A DNA stretch of 64,000 bases from Pyrodictiaceae archaeon (lineage in GTDB: Archaea > Thermoproteota > Thermoprotei_A > Sulfolobales > Pyrodictiaceae): the NCBI GenBank assembly GCA_027036135.1, contig JALVSY010000007.1, positions 100,880-164,879 on the forward strand, in the 5' to 3' direction. Both the position numbers and the translations under genes were made by a program. Shown here one piece after another: positions 1 through 9,753 of this stretch (its first letter is position 1; every line of letters begins with the position of its first letter). The notes under the pieces are model-generated. The model saw only the letters and a list, made by a program, of their open reading frames with translations. It did no database searches and had not been told where the DNA came from.

Positions 1-157
1 CCTAGATTTTATCAGCTCCCCCCATGCATCCCTTATCGCCTACTCTGCGAGCACGGTATGAGGGAAGCCATGGGAAGAGGGATTCTTTATCCATGTTAAC
101 CTGTTAGCTTTATATTGGTGTGGGAGTCCTAGTTTATGTTAACAGGGTGCATCTGGC

Positions 158-505
158 TTGGAGACGTATCGGGAGCTTGCGTGCCAATACTTGTTGAGTC
201 TTCGTGATAACTTGTGTGAAGGCCGCTGGGCACCCGCGGCTAGTGATGCACTCCACTTAGCTGATATGGTAGCGGCTATGGTTCTCGAGAAGCACGGGGT
301 ACCTGTTCCTAGGAGTCATCGTGGACGCCTCCTGGCTCTTAGCAGACTAGATGAAGTACTGGCCAGGATTTATGGAAGATTACAAGAGCTGTATTCGAGG
401 ATGAGCTACCTAGGACTCGATGGAGGCTTAGCCAGGGAGGTTGAGGAGCTAGTAGAGCAGCTCCTTGAGGGGCTTGGGAGGCATGGACTCGGTCTCCGCT
501 GCTAA
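158..505 (+). CDS. HEPN-like helical protein (putative toxin of an MNT-HEPN pair)
   Basis: 115 aa all-helical protein with a PRSHRGR motif; overlaps the nucleotidyltransferase gene. Confidence 0.6.
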   Translation: METYRELACQYLLSLRDNLCEGRWAPAASDALHLADMVAAMVLEKHGVPVPRSHRGRLLALSRLDEVLARIYGRLQELYSRMSYLGLDGGLAREVEELVEQLLEGLGRHGLGLRC

Positions 506-1214
506 CTTGGCGGGAATGGTGCTTAGCCAGTGCCCTGGGGCACAGGCAGTGCTGCTCTACGGCTCTGCTGCCAGGGGTGAGGCTACAGAGAAGAGCGATG
601 TAGACGTGCTCGTCATCTCCAGCGAGCCTTGCCGGGTTGAGCTCGGGCCGCCCTATAGTGTGGTACTGCTTACCCTGGAGGAGTGGCTAGGGGCCCCGGA
701 GACGTTTAGGGCAGAGGTGCTCCGGGATGCACTAGTACTCTATGCGTCTAGGCTCCGGCTAAGAGACCTAGTAGCGGGAGAGCCATGGCTCCTCATCCGC
801 TATACAGCCCCGGCGCCATCCTCGAGGGCGTGTGTCTCCAGGGCTGTAGCGGAGCTCGAGAAGAAGGGGTTCGTGGAACGAGTGGCTCCCGGCACCGTAC
901 TTGCCCCGCTCAAGGCTGTTGACAAGCTCTTCGAGGTTATCGAAGGCTGTGGAGCAAAGATAGTCTCCTCGCGAACCATAGTTTACCGGGTAACCAGGAT
1001 GTATTGTGGTAGGTGCCCCTACTGCGGCGCAAGAATAATTGAGGTGGACTACGAGGAGGCGAAGAAGCAGCTGCGAGAACACCTACTAGTAGCTCATCGG
1101 GACCGGGTCGAGGAGGTAGCTGAGAAGCTACGGAGAGAGGGGAAGGGCTTACCCGGGGGCAGTCTCCGCGGCCTCGCTGGCTACCTAGCCTCCCTAGCTA
1201 TTCGTGAGTGTTAA
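465..1214 (+). CDS. Minimal nucleotidyltransferase (MNT) with C-terminal extension and C2H2-like Zn finger
   Basis: LYGSAARG...SDVDVLV pol-beta motif; CPYC...HLLVAH near the C-terminus; probable start ATG ~483. Confidence 0.8.
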   Translation: MRGLGGMDSVSAANLAGMVLSQCPGAQAVLLYGSAARGEATEKSDVDVLVISSEPCRVELGPPYSVVLLTLEEWLGAPETFRAEVLRDALVLYASRLRLRDLVAGEPWLLIRYTAPAPSSRACVSRAVAELEKKGFVERVAPGTVLAPLKAVDKLFEVIEGCGAKIVSSRTIVYRVTRMYCGRCPYCGARIIEVDYEEAKKQLREHLLVAHRDRVEEVAEKLRREGKGLPGGSLRGLAGYLASLAIREC

Positions 1215-1440
1215 CCCCACTTGATCACGGCCTGGCTCGCCAAGTAGCGCGTCCCACAGATACTTTTCCTTTTTCACTTTTTAGTCGCTCTCTAGTTCTC
1301 CGCCGCAGTGTCAACATGGCATCTATGTTTTGCCTAGCAAGGGTGATCCCGGAGAAGGGGCTAAGGACTCTGAGAAATCTGGTCCATGGCTATTTCTGCC
1401 GCTAGCTCCTCTCGGCTCTGCAATTGGCTTAGGTGGTGGT

Positions 1441-2306
1441 TTAGGGAGGGACTAGGACGAGGGCTATAGAGGACGGGTAGAGTGGTATCTTTTTTGTGAC
1501 TTGTTCTCCGTCGGCGTAGCTTAGCCTGACAGTGATGTAGCCTAGGTGGTAGAGCTTGACCGTTATGTTTGCACCAGGGCAACTAGCTTCTAGGCGGTGA
1601 TAGCTCTTATCAAGGGTTCTTAGTGGCACTATTACTCCGTTTCTCTCATTGAATGGTGGTGAGTAGGGGCTTGTCCCCGTGAATTGGGCGTAGAGCCTGG
1701 CCTCGGCCCGGTTCTCGCCCTTTAGGGTTATTGTTAGGTTGCAGGGCTTATCCGCTACTATGGCTGCGTAGAGTGGGGTGATACGGGGAACATTCAGAGA
1801 TATCTTGTTGGAGGCGCTCCTGGATTCTACCTTCTCTATCTTTATTGCTTGGAGGATACGGGAATCGTATTCTTGGTTGACGCGTATTATTGCGGTGACC
1901 TTGTGGGGCTTGGAGTAGAGCCTTACTAGTGCTGTTAGCGTGCCCCTCGTGGATGAGGTGCTATAGGGCCCGGACATAGAGACAAATAGTTTACTTTATG
2001 GGCCTTCTCTCCTCTGAGCCCTATATGGGCCAATACGTGCCCATCGTAGATAATATCCATGCCTACTAGCCCAACGCCTGGATTAGCGCTCATAGAGCCT
2101 ACGCAGGTCACGGCTGTGAAGTTGACTTGTAGCCCCGGAGGCCCTGGAAGTACGCTGCAGTACTCGGAGAAGCTCTTCCCGGAATAAGTGTTGCTGGGCC
2201 TACTTAGCAGTTGGAGAGCTATGAGGGTTGCTGAGAGAATAGCGACGACGAGGACTATTGCTACTGCTTTGGCTGTGTCGGAGTCTCGCGGCAACACAGA
2301 AGGCAC
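1441..2306 (-). pseudogene. Membrane-anchored hypothetical protein split into two overlapping ORFs (1935-2306 and 1441-1977)
   Basis: First ORF has an N-terminal TM helix; the second frame is open across the junction near 1990, so a single frameshift would join them. Confidence 0.45.
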
Positions 2307-2415
2307 TGATAGTGATACGGGCCACGTATCACCTTATATAAGCATAATGCGTAGTAATCACCGAGATGTGGCCAAAAGGCTTCTACTGGAGCTCGATGAG
2401 CACCCTCTAAGAGGA

Positions 2416-3174
2416 CTAGTCCATGGCTGCCTGCTTCCCTATCACTAGCTCCTCCTTGGCCTCCTTCGCGGCTTTGAGCGCCTCTCTCAGCGTTTTCTCG
2501 GAGAGGGGCGAGGAGACGAGGACCCCGTCTACTAGGCCTACTAGCTCCTTCATGACCCTGGGCAGGTCCTCGGGCTCGTAGACTGGCTGGTGGCCTCTCA
2601 GTGTCTCGTAGAGGAGTTTGCGGTTATCAGCCTCCGCTATCACTATGTATGGGATTATTCTCTTGCCCCAGCGCCGCCGAGCCTCCTGCACCACTCCACC
2701 GAGCTGCCGGGGCGACCATAGCCTAGTGGCGAGGAAGAAGTCTATGGGCTGGGCGAGCCTCTTCGCCTGCTCCTCCACGGGCTTCGCTAGGCTCAGTATT
2801 GCGCCAAGCTCTACTCGGAGCCCCTTGGACTTGACGAGCTTCACTGCTGCCTCTGTGCTGAGCTCCGCCACTGACCTCCCGTACTTTGGGGGATCGCCTT
2901 GGAGGAGTACTACGCCGCGAAGCCCTAGTAGCTGGGCAGCACCCACAAGGCTTAGCAAAGCATTAGCATTTATGTCTAAGAGCCTAATATTCGCGACACC
3001 ATGCGCCACTGCCTCCCGGGCAACCAGGTAGCTCACCGCGATGGCGTGCGCACTAGGCTTGCCGAGAGGAGCTTCAGGCACATTAACCACGTCGGGGAGC
3101 CCACGTATGCTACGAGCAACAGCCGCTACCTTAGCCGGGTTCTTGCTCGGCGACACCTCGGCCCAGATCTCCAC
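2416..3174 (-). CDS. metF: Methylenetetrahydrofolate reductase-like FAD-linked oxidoreductase
   Basis: EVSP, VNVPEAP, RLLDINANAL, LLQGDPP and DFFLAT match the MTHFR pattern. Confidence 0.7.
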   Translation of the reverse strand: MEIWAEVSPSKNPAKVAAVARSIRGLPDVVNVPEAPLGKPSAHAIAVSYLVAREAVAHGVANIRLLDINANALLSLVGAAQLLGLRGVVLLQGDPPKYGRSVAELSTEAAVKLVKSKGLRVELGAILSLAKPVEEQAKRLAQPIDFFLATRLWSPRQLGGVVQEARRRWGKRIIPYIVIAEADNRKLLYETLRGHQPVYEPEDLPRVMKELVGLVDGVLVSSPLSEKTLREALKAAKEAKEELVIGKQAAMD

Positions 3175-3496
3175 GGCCCTATCACACCTCTTCGTCTAGG
3201 CTCTTCGGTCGACGTATCGCATGCTTATACTATACCGTATCTTATTCGCTATGACGTAGGAGAAACGCTGTCTTCCTACTAAAATATTTCCACTATACTC
3301 AGTCTCGGTTCTTCTTCGCTACGTGTCTACACCTAATCTATCCCTAGAGCCTAGGTATACGGCGGTAACCACGCATAGCTAATCTCTAACACCCTATGCA
3401 GAGATTTTGATCTTATACCAGGCTAGCCCTAGTGAAGAGCACTGACGTTAATACTTGTACTCTAGTAGGATAATATATGAGGGGTTGTAGCCTACC

Positions 3497-3751
3497 TTGA
3501 GCATAGTGGTTAGTATACATGTTAAACGAGATATTGTGCTGCTCGTCGACGAGATGGTTCGTTACGGGATGGCGTCTTCTAGGAGCGAAGCTCTTCAACT
3601 ACTACTTGAGGCGGGTGTAAAGGCTGTCAGGGAGGAGCTAGAGCGTAGAAAACGCATCAGGGAGCTAGTGGAGCTGTTTGAGAAACAGGGTGGTATACGG
3701 CTAGGCAGGAGAGTAGATGTTGTAAGCGAGCTACGAGAGATGAGGGAGTAG
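3497..3751 (+). CDS. Ribbon-helix-helix antitoxin (VapB-like)
   Basis: SRSEAL RHH signature; C-terminal VVSELREMRE; directly upstream of a PIN gene. Confidence 0.8.
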   Translation: MSIVVSIHVKRDIVLLVDEMVRYGMASSRSEALQLLLEAGVKAVREELERRKRIRELVELFEKQGGIRLGRRVDVVSELREMRE

Positions 3752-3756
3752 CTAAG

Positions 3757-4218
3757 GTGACTGTAGATTATCTTGATACCAGCTTTGTATTATCTCTTTC
3801 AATAAAGGATGACATCAATCACGAAGCCGCCCTGGAACTGGAGAAGACAATAGGCGATGCAATTGTCTCCAAGCTGGTCATAGCCGAGCTGTATACGTAC
3901 TTTTCCCGCGTCCTGGACCAATACAGAGCAATCTCCTCGGGAACTGGGAACTATGAAGAGTACGTTGAAGCCATGGTTCAATATAGTATTCAGAGAACAC
4001 ATGCTAGGATAATTAATACAAGCCTAGACGAGCTACTAGAGATGACCTCGCACTATGCTCCTAGGCTTAGACTGAGAACACTAGACCTCCTTCATGTACT
4101 AGCGGCATACAAGCTAGGCGCAAACCGAATAATTACACTTGATAAGGACTATGAGGCAAAGAGCCACTTGATAAAGAAATGGCTTGGCTTAGAAGTAGTA
4201 ACTCCTTGGCCAAAATAG
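3757..4218 (+). CDS. vapC: PIN-domain toxin (VapC), intact
   Basis: YLDTS, LRTLDLLH and ITLDKD PIN motifs. Confidence 0.9.
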   Translation: MTVDYLDTSFVLSLSIKDDINHEAALELEKTIGDAIVSKLVIAELYTYFSRVLDQYRAISSGTGNYEEYVEAMVQYSIQRTHARIINTSLDELLEMTSHYAPRLRLRTLDLLHVLAAYKLGANRIITLDKDYEAKSHLIKKWLGLEVVTPWPK

Positions 4219-4355
4219 GTGCTGATAAGTGTTAGAAGCTGGGGAGCAGCGACGTAATATGTAATATATGGTATTTCGCAAGCAGGATATAGACCTACCT
4301 AATACGGAAAGTCAACGATTTAACCCGTGTGTAGTCCGTGTAGAGTCTCTATAGT

Positions 4356-5141
4356 CTATGGTTGAGCTATTGTAAGGAGTTTTATTGCTTCGTGTACTAG
4401 GAGTGCGAGCGCTGCTACCGTTGCTAGTGCTGCGAGGAGCTGGGCTAGGCCTGCCTTGGTTAGTATTGCTCCGGGTGTTAGTAGTACGAGGCTTGCTACT
4501 TTGCCTAGGCTCGGGGTAGCGGGGCTTCCTAGGCCTAGCATGCTTAGCCCCGCCTCAGCGTAGACTGCTGCAGAGGAGGCTATGCTAGCGTAGCTTGCTA
4601 TGGAGCTCCACGCGTTAGGGGCTATGTGTCTGAGTATTATTCGGTGGCGTGGCGCGCCTATCGCGTGGGCTGCTTCGACGTAGAGGCTTCTGGCTATTTG
4701 CCTGGCTCTAGCCGCGGTTGCCCGTGCTCCTTGTAGGGAGGCTAGTAGGCCTATTAGGAGCCCTATCTCTACGGGGCTTAGCCTCGTCGCCAACGCGAGT
4801 ACCATGAGTAGGCTCATCCGAGGCAACCCGGCTCCGAGCGCCGCCAAGGAGTCTACGACCTGCCCAGCCTTCTCCGAGACGCCTGCCGCGAGCGAGGCTA
4901 TGAGCACTAGGATCGACGATGCCAGGGCAGCGAACGCGGCCTCTACGCTAGCCCTTATCCCCATGAGTAGCTCGCAGAGCGCATCCCGGCCAATGGGGTC
5001 AGTGCCCAGGGGGTGTCTATGGCTGGGTGGTAGGAGCGGTTGATAAGACATGGGGCAACTATGTAGGGCTAGGCTGGGCAAGATGGCTAGAAGGGCTAGC
5101 AACGCTATTATCGCTGCCGAGGCCAGCGCCTTGCTCATCAT
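4356..5141 (-). CDS. Peptide/nickel ABC transporter permease (DppC-like)
   Basis: HPLGTDPIGRD, EAA loop YVEAAHAIGA, EAGLSMLGLG. Confidence 0.9.
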   Translation of the reverse strand: MMSKALASAAIIALLALLAILPSLALHSCPMSYQPLLPPSHRHPLGTDPIGRDALCELLMGIRASVEAAFAALASSILVLIASLAAGVSEKAGQVVDSLAALGAGLPRMSLLMVLALATRLSPVEIGLLIGLLASLQGARATAARARQIARSLYVEAAHAIGAPRHRIILRHIAPNAWSSIASYASIASSAAVYAEAGLSMLGLGSPATPSLGKVASLVLLTPGAILTKAGLAQLLAALATVAALALLVHEAIKLLTIAQP

Positions 5142-5146
5142 AGCTG

Positions 5147-6064
5147 CTATGCACCCGTGCCCGTGGCTAGTCTCGGATCAAGGGCTCTCTCGGCAAACCT
5201 ACCAACGACCACCACTAGGTACGCTACTGCGCCAATGAGGGTGAACGCTGTAGCTGCTAACACGGGGTCGGCGCTAGCTACTCCACGGTAGAGCATTAAG
5301 CCTAGCCCGGTGTAGCCTAGGAGTGGCTCGAGGATAACGCTTCTCTCGAGAACCATGCCGAGCATCGTGGAGGCGTAGGCCGTGTAGGGCGCCAGTACCG
5401 TTCTAAGCAGCTTAGCGTTTACCCGGTGCTCCGGCACGCCTATGGCTCGAAGTGCTTGCACTACTTGTCCCAGCTCTAGGCCCGGGTCCTCAACTATACC
5501 TGCAAGGCCGTGGAGGAGCCTAGGCCAGAGCGCGAGCCAGACAACAAGGATGTATGCAGCGAGCTTCTCGGCTCCGTGGCCAGGGAGGGGCGGGGGCCAT
5601 CCTAGCCACCAGGATGAGAGGAGCAGGAGCACGGCGTAGAAGTAGCCCGGTATGAAGCTTAGGGCACGGATGGCTCGGGGGATCCTTGGCCCCAGAGCAG
5701 TTACCCATGCCGCGGCCGTGGCATATGCTACTAGGAACCCTGCTCCTATGCCGAGTAGGGTCCAGGGCAGTGCCTCCAGGGCTAGGCTGAAAGCGGGCTT
5801 GTTATAGAGAATGCTTGGCCCCGTATCGGCTCTCAACAGCCCAGCTAGGAAGCCCAGTAGGCCCTCTCCAAGAGGCTTGTCTAGGCCGTAGATGTGTTTG
5901 AGGGCCTTCTCCTCCTCTGGGCTTAGTCCCTGGCTGGCACCGAGCCCCGTGAAGGGGTTGCCTAGGCCAGCGCGAGCAGAGACATAGGCGAGGACAGCTA
6001 CTACGAGGAGACCTAGGAGTAGCTCAGCTAGTAGCCCTGCTAGGCCTAGCCGCCTCCTTGGCAC
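5147..6064 (-). CDS. Peptide/nickel ABC transporter permease (DppB-like)
   Basis: YGLDKPL, DTGPSI, ILEPLLGYTGLG; multiple TM helices. Confidence 0.85.
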   Translation of the reverse strand: MPRRRLGLAGLLAELLLGLLVVAVLAYVSARAGLGNPFTGLGASQGLSPEEEKALKHIYGLDKPLGEGLLGFLAGLLRADTGPSILYNKPAFSLALEALPWTLLGIGAGFLVAYATAAAWVTALGPRIPRAIRALSFIPGYFYAVLLLLSSWWLGWPPPLPGHGAEKLAAYILVVWLALWPRLLHGLAGIVEDPGLELGQVVQALRAIGVPEHRVNAKLLRTVLAPYTAYASTMLGMVLERSVILEPLLGYTGLGLMLYRGVASADPVLAATAFTLIGAVAYLVVVVGRFAERALDPRLATGTGA

Positions 6065-6542
6065 GCTTGAGCACCTCTCGGGGAGAGTCTAGGCCCTCGC
6101 TATACGCCTTGATATCGAGCACGGGTGTGCCGTGGAAAGCGTCCAGTCCTCTAACCGCTAGGCTGCAATCTCCTACCTCCTCTACGTAGACGAGGGTTAA
6201 GCCTAGGGGACATGGCCTAGCAGGGCTACGGGTGGCGAATACCCCGGTAACGGGGAGAGAGCTATCCATGAACGGCTTGACCGTGAGCGGGGCCTCGTCG
6301 CCACTGGGCGCGCGGTGAGCGTACCAGATGACCCAGACAAGGGAGCCAGGGGACAACCCCTTGAGCGCATCGCAGTACTTCTCCCTTATCCTTATCCTGG
6401 CCCTCTTCCTCATTATCTCCTCGTTGTACTCTATCACTGTGTCGCGGCCACTGGGCCACTCCTCTGGTATAGGCTCCTCCCTCTCAACATAGCCGACTGG
6501 CTCGCAGCAAACACTATCCATACGGCGCGCCTCCTTCGCCAA
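6024..6542 (-). CDS. tsaA: TrmO/TsaA (YaeB/AF0241) family SAM-binding protein
   Basis: GVFATRSPARP and GLDAFHGTPVLDIKAY motifs. Confidence 0.9.
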   Translation of the reverse strand: MAKEARRMDSVCCEPVGYVEREEPIPEEWPSGRDTVIEYNEEIMRKRARIRIREKYCDALKGLSPGSLVWVIWYAHRAPSGDEAPLTVKPFMDSSLPVTGVFATRSPARPCPLGLTLVYVEEVGDCSLAVRGLDAFHGTPVLDIKAYSEGLDSPREVLKRAKEAARPSRATS

Positions 6543-6621
6543 AAAGGCTCCTCCCCTAGAGAAATGCCTAGAGGAATAACACGGACTGTGAAAAAGCGTA
6601 GGTGGGATAGATAAGGGGCCT

Positions 6622-8358
6622 CTAGTGGCTATGTTTCGGCGTTATTAGTGCGAGCTTGTTATAGGGCAGGGGTATGCCTCCGTCGATGCCTCCTGCCGTG
6701 AAGAACCAGTGAACCCTTACACCAGGCCTTGTCACCACGAATATGTTGGGGTAGTAGAGCGCTATCCTGGGGAGCTGCTCCGCTATAACCACTTGTAGCT
6801 CCTTGGCGTACTTGATGGCTTCCTGCTTGGTCTTTGCCGTTATTAGTTTCTGTACTAGCTCCCAGTAGGTCTTGTTGTTCCAGCGTGTACCGAAGTAGCC
6901 GCTAAAGTACCACGTGAACGCTGTGGGCGAGTTACCGACTGCTCCGTGCCCGTTTATCTCTAGGTCGTAGGCTCCCTTCTTTATCAACGCGTCTAGCTGG
7001 TGGAAGGAGTTAACAGTCTTTATCTCTATACATATCCCTACCTTTTTCAGCATGTCCTTGATTATTAGTGCTTCCTGTGTATACCAGCTCGGCGCGATTA
7101 GCACGGGGTGCCAGGGCTTACCGTTTGGCAAGTCTCTACAACCATCACCGTTCTTGTCTATTAGGCCTAGCTTGTCTAGTATCTTCTCGGCCTTGACTGG
7201 GTTGTAGGGGTACCTCGGTATGTCTGGGTTGTAGAACGGGCTGTAGGGCGGTATGTAGCCCGGTGAGCCGGGTAGTGCTGCTTTTAGGCTCCCAGTCGCC
7301 TTGATGACTAGCTCTGTGAGGTTTAGTGCATAGGCTACTGCTTTGCGGAACATTGTCTCGTTGTAGGGCCATTTGTCGAGGTTGAATCCTAGGAAGAGTA
7401 CCCAGTACATGGGCCCGCTCTGAACCCTTACGCCTGGCACGCGCTGCTCTATCATCTTTACTACTCTATAGGCCTTGCCCATAAACGTTGCTGTATCGAC
7501 CTTGCCGTTGATTATTGCTAGGGCGGCTTGTTGCGGGTTGCTGAAACCAATGTTCACGACTCTTATCTCGTCGTATAGTGGCTTCCCGGCCCAGAACCTG
7601 GGATTAGCCACGAAGACGTACCCTTGCTGCGGCTTATAGGTCTTCAGCATATAAGGCCCAGTCCCTATGAATGCCTCCTTGCCGCGGAAGCTGTAGGGGT
7701 TCGTCACGTTGTGCCAAATATGCCACGGCAGTATGAACACCGTGGAGGCGTAGTCCTCTAGGAAGAACGGGTACGGCTTAGCAAGCTTTATCACGACAGT
7801 GTAGTTGTCTTCGGCATACACCTTCTTAATTATGCTGGGGCTTAGCGTTTTCCACGCCCAGTGATGCTCCATTAAGTACTTGAAAGTGAATACCACGTCC
7901 CTTGCTGTGAAGGGCCATCCGTCCTGCCACTTCACGCCGCGGCGCAGGTGGAATACCCAGGTGTAGGGGTCTGGGTGCTCCCAGCTAGAAGCAAGCCATG
8001 GTATCACGCCGCTCTGGTTCTTCCACACCAATGTATCGAAGATGAAGCTTGTCAGTACGTAGCCCGGGCCCCGTGGATAGAAGAGGAAGGGGCTCGGAGC
8101 ACCCCAGTCACCCATGGCAATGATTAGGGTCTTCTTCCTAGGAATAGGCGTGCTCGCCGGACTAGTGGTTGTCGGTGTAGTGGTAGTCTTGACGGAGGTG
8201 GCTACTGTAACTGCTTGTGTTGGCTTAGTGGCTGTACCGCTATGCGTTATTGTACTTGTCGTGGAGGTATGGCTGTGTAGGGCATAGTAGGCTGCTCCCA
8301 CCACTATAGCTAGGACAATGATCACCGAGGCTACGAGACCCGCGCGGCTCATAATCAT
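6622..8358 (-). CDS. ABC substrate-binding protein, family 5 (peptide/nickel), with Thr-rich linker
   Basis: N-terminal TM anchor, PWLASSWE, GVKWQDG.PFTARDVVFT, GTGPY. Confidence 0.92.
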   Translation of the reverse strand: MIMSRAGLVASVIIVLAIVVGAAYYALHSHTSTTSTITHSGTATKPTQAVTVATSVKTTTTPTTTSPASTPIPRKKTLIIAMGDWGAPSPFLFYPRGPGYVLTSFIFDTLVWKNQSGVIPWLASSWEHPDPYTWVFHLRRGVKWQDGWPFTARDVVFTFKYLMEHHWAWKTLSPSIIKKVYAEDNYTVVIKLAKPYPFFLEDYASTVFILPWHIWHNVTNPYSFRGKEAFIGTGPYMLKTYKPQQGYVFVANPRFWAGKPLYDEIRVVNIGFSNPQQAALAIINGKVDTATFMGKAYRVVKMIEQRVPGVRVQSGPMYWVLFLGFNLDKWPYNETMFRKAVAYALNLTELVIKATGSLKAALPGSPGYIPPYSPFYNPDIPRYPYNPVKAEKILDKLGLIDKNGDGCRDLPNGKPWHPVLIAPSWYTQEALIIKDMLKKVGICIEIKTVNSFHQLDALIKKGAYDLEINGHGAVGNSPTAFTWYFSGYFGTRWNNKTYWELVQKLITAKTKQEAIKYAKELQVVIAEQLPRIALYYPNIFVVTRPGVRVHWFFTAGGIDGGIPLPYNKLALITPKHSH

Positions 8359-8655
8359 TGTACACCTCTTCTCGGTGCACTAGTGTACATCCAAAAGTGC
8401 ACAATGATGCTGGGAAATAAAATCTTTACTCATACGAAAAGGACGTTTAGAAATGCATATTCCGCCAAATTTTACACTAAATTTACTAGATAATAGATAG
8501 TAGAAAACAAGGAAACCCCTAATTCATTATGAAGCTAGTGTATATAGCTTACTTTAAGACTCCGAGAGACCCTCAGTATCGGTTCCCACTGTATTACATC
8601 GTTGCAATAATAGTAATAATACGTATCCGTACTACAGAGCTTACAGGGTACTGCG

Positions 8656-8886
8656 TTGAGTATTGTTATTAGTGTACGTGTGCCTCAAAGACTTAAGGAG
8701 GAGATGGATAAGCTACGCGGCTATGTTAACTGGAGCGAGGAAATAAGAAGGTTTCCTGAAGAGAGAGTAAAGGAGCTTCGTAGAAAACGTGTGCTAGAAG
8801 AGGCTAGGAAGGTCATAGAGAGTCTCCCTGAGTTATCCCCGGGTACCGCTACAGAGTATGTGAGAGAGGACCGTGATAGTCATTAG
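8656..8886 (+). CDS. RHH antitoxin (VapB-like), orphaned
   Basis: VISVRVP...NWSEEIR; C-terminal YVREDRDS. Confidence 0.75.
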   Translation: MSIVISVRVPQRLKEEMDKLRGYVNWSEEIRRFPEERVKELRRKRVLEEARKVIESLPELSPGTATEYVREDRDSH

Positions 8887-8905
8887 CGCGTCTACACTAG
8901 TTTAA
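8873..8905 (+). pseudogene. Remnant of a PIN toxin N-terminus
   Basis: GTG ATA GTC ATT AGC GCG TCT ACA CTA GTT TAA = VIVISASTLV*, resembling a PIN start (MIVIDAS..); overlaps the antitoxin stop. Confidence 0.5.
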
Positions 8906-8978
8906 TAATAAGCTGTGTCCGGAGACTACTTTGATAGAGTAAAATAGCCGAATTCTACTATGGGGCCTAGGTGGTGTG

Positions 8979-9563
8979 TTAGGGTATTTTTATGCCTGGT
9001 ATGCTTGGTGCTTGCCCTGTTTCTGCTAGCTTGCACAGCGTCGCTGCTACTTTGAGCGCTTTCTGTAGTGTTGGCGTGGTCTTTATCTCTATGCTTGTTG
9101 GCTTGGTGTTTATTGGTACTGTTATGTCCTTGTAGCCTATTTTGCCGAAGAGCATAAGCGTTATTATTGTGTAGCCCTTCACCTCTAGGGTTACCCTGCC
9201 CTTTGCCAGGGCGTCTACTACTGCACAGGGCAAGTGGAGAGTGTCTATGAGTAGGCTTAGTCTCACCTTGTTGTGCCCGGGGCGTAGCTCTAGGTATGGC
9301 TTGAGCCCCTCGCCTACGTAGTTGTTGTCCAGGTATAGGCTGTACCATAGGAGCTTTGCCTTGACCGTGCTGTGGGAGGGATTGTACACGTCTAGTACAA
9401 GTGTTACTTTGAGCTGTGTACCGACCGGTGTTATCTCGGGGCGTTGTGCCAGGGTTACTTGCCACCCTGACCTGGTGTAGTAGAGGTCTGCTATGAAGAA
9501 GACTATGCCCAGGATTACTACTATGTAGAATAGTGCTCGTAGCGCGTTCATGGCCTTGCCCAA
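8979..9563 (-). CDS. LEA_2/WHy-domain membrane-anchored protein
   Basis: TM helix followed by LDVYNPS...YSLYLDNNYVGEG, typical of the WHy domain. Confidence 0.7.
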   Translation of the reverse strand: MGKAMNALRALFYIVVILGIVFFIADLYYTRSGWQVTLAQRPEITPVGTQLKVTLVLDVYNPSHSTVKAKLLWYSLYLDNNYVGEGLKPYLELRPGHNKVRLSLLIDTLHLPCAVVDALAKGRVTLEVKGYTIITLMLFGKIGYKDITVPINTKPTSIEIKTTPTLQKALKVAATLCKLAETGQAPSIPGIKIP

Positions 9564-9753
9564 GACGCGGCCACCTCCTTTATTCCTGCCTCCTTGTGTA
9601 CTGGTTCCTTCCTACCTGGTCGCGACCGCGTTATCTCTGTTGCCCCCCTTGTCTCTGCGCGGACCCGGTTGTTTCCAGAGATGCGTGTTTTTCGATAGTA
9701 GAGATAATTACGTCTACTATGCATACTATGTTATCCCGGAGGGCTAGAAGTTC

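Noticed and set aside
3180-3480. Possible decayed gene upstream of the metF-like gene
   Set aside because: Stops in the frames examined and no motif could be assigned with confidence
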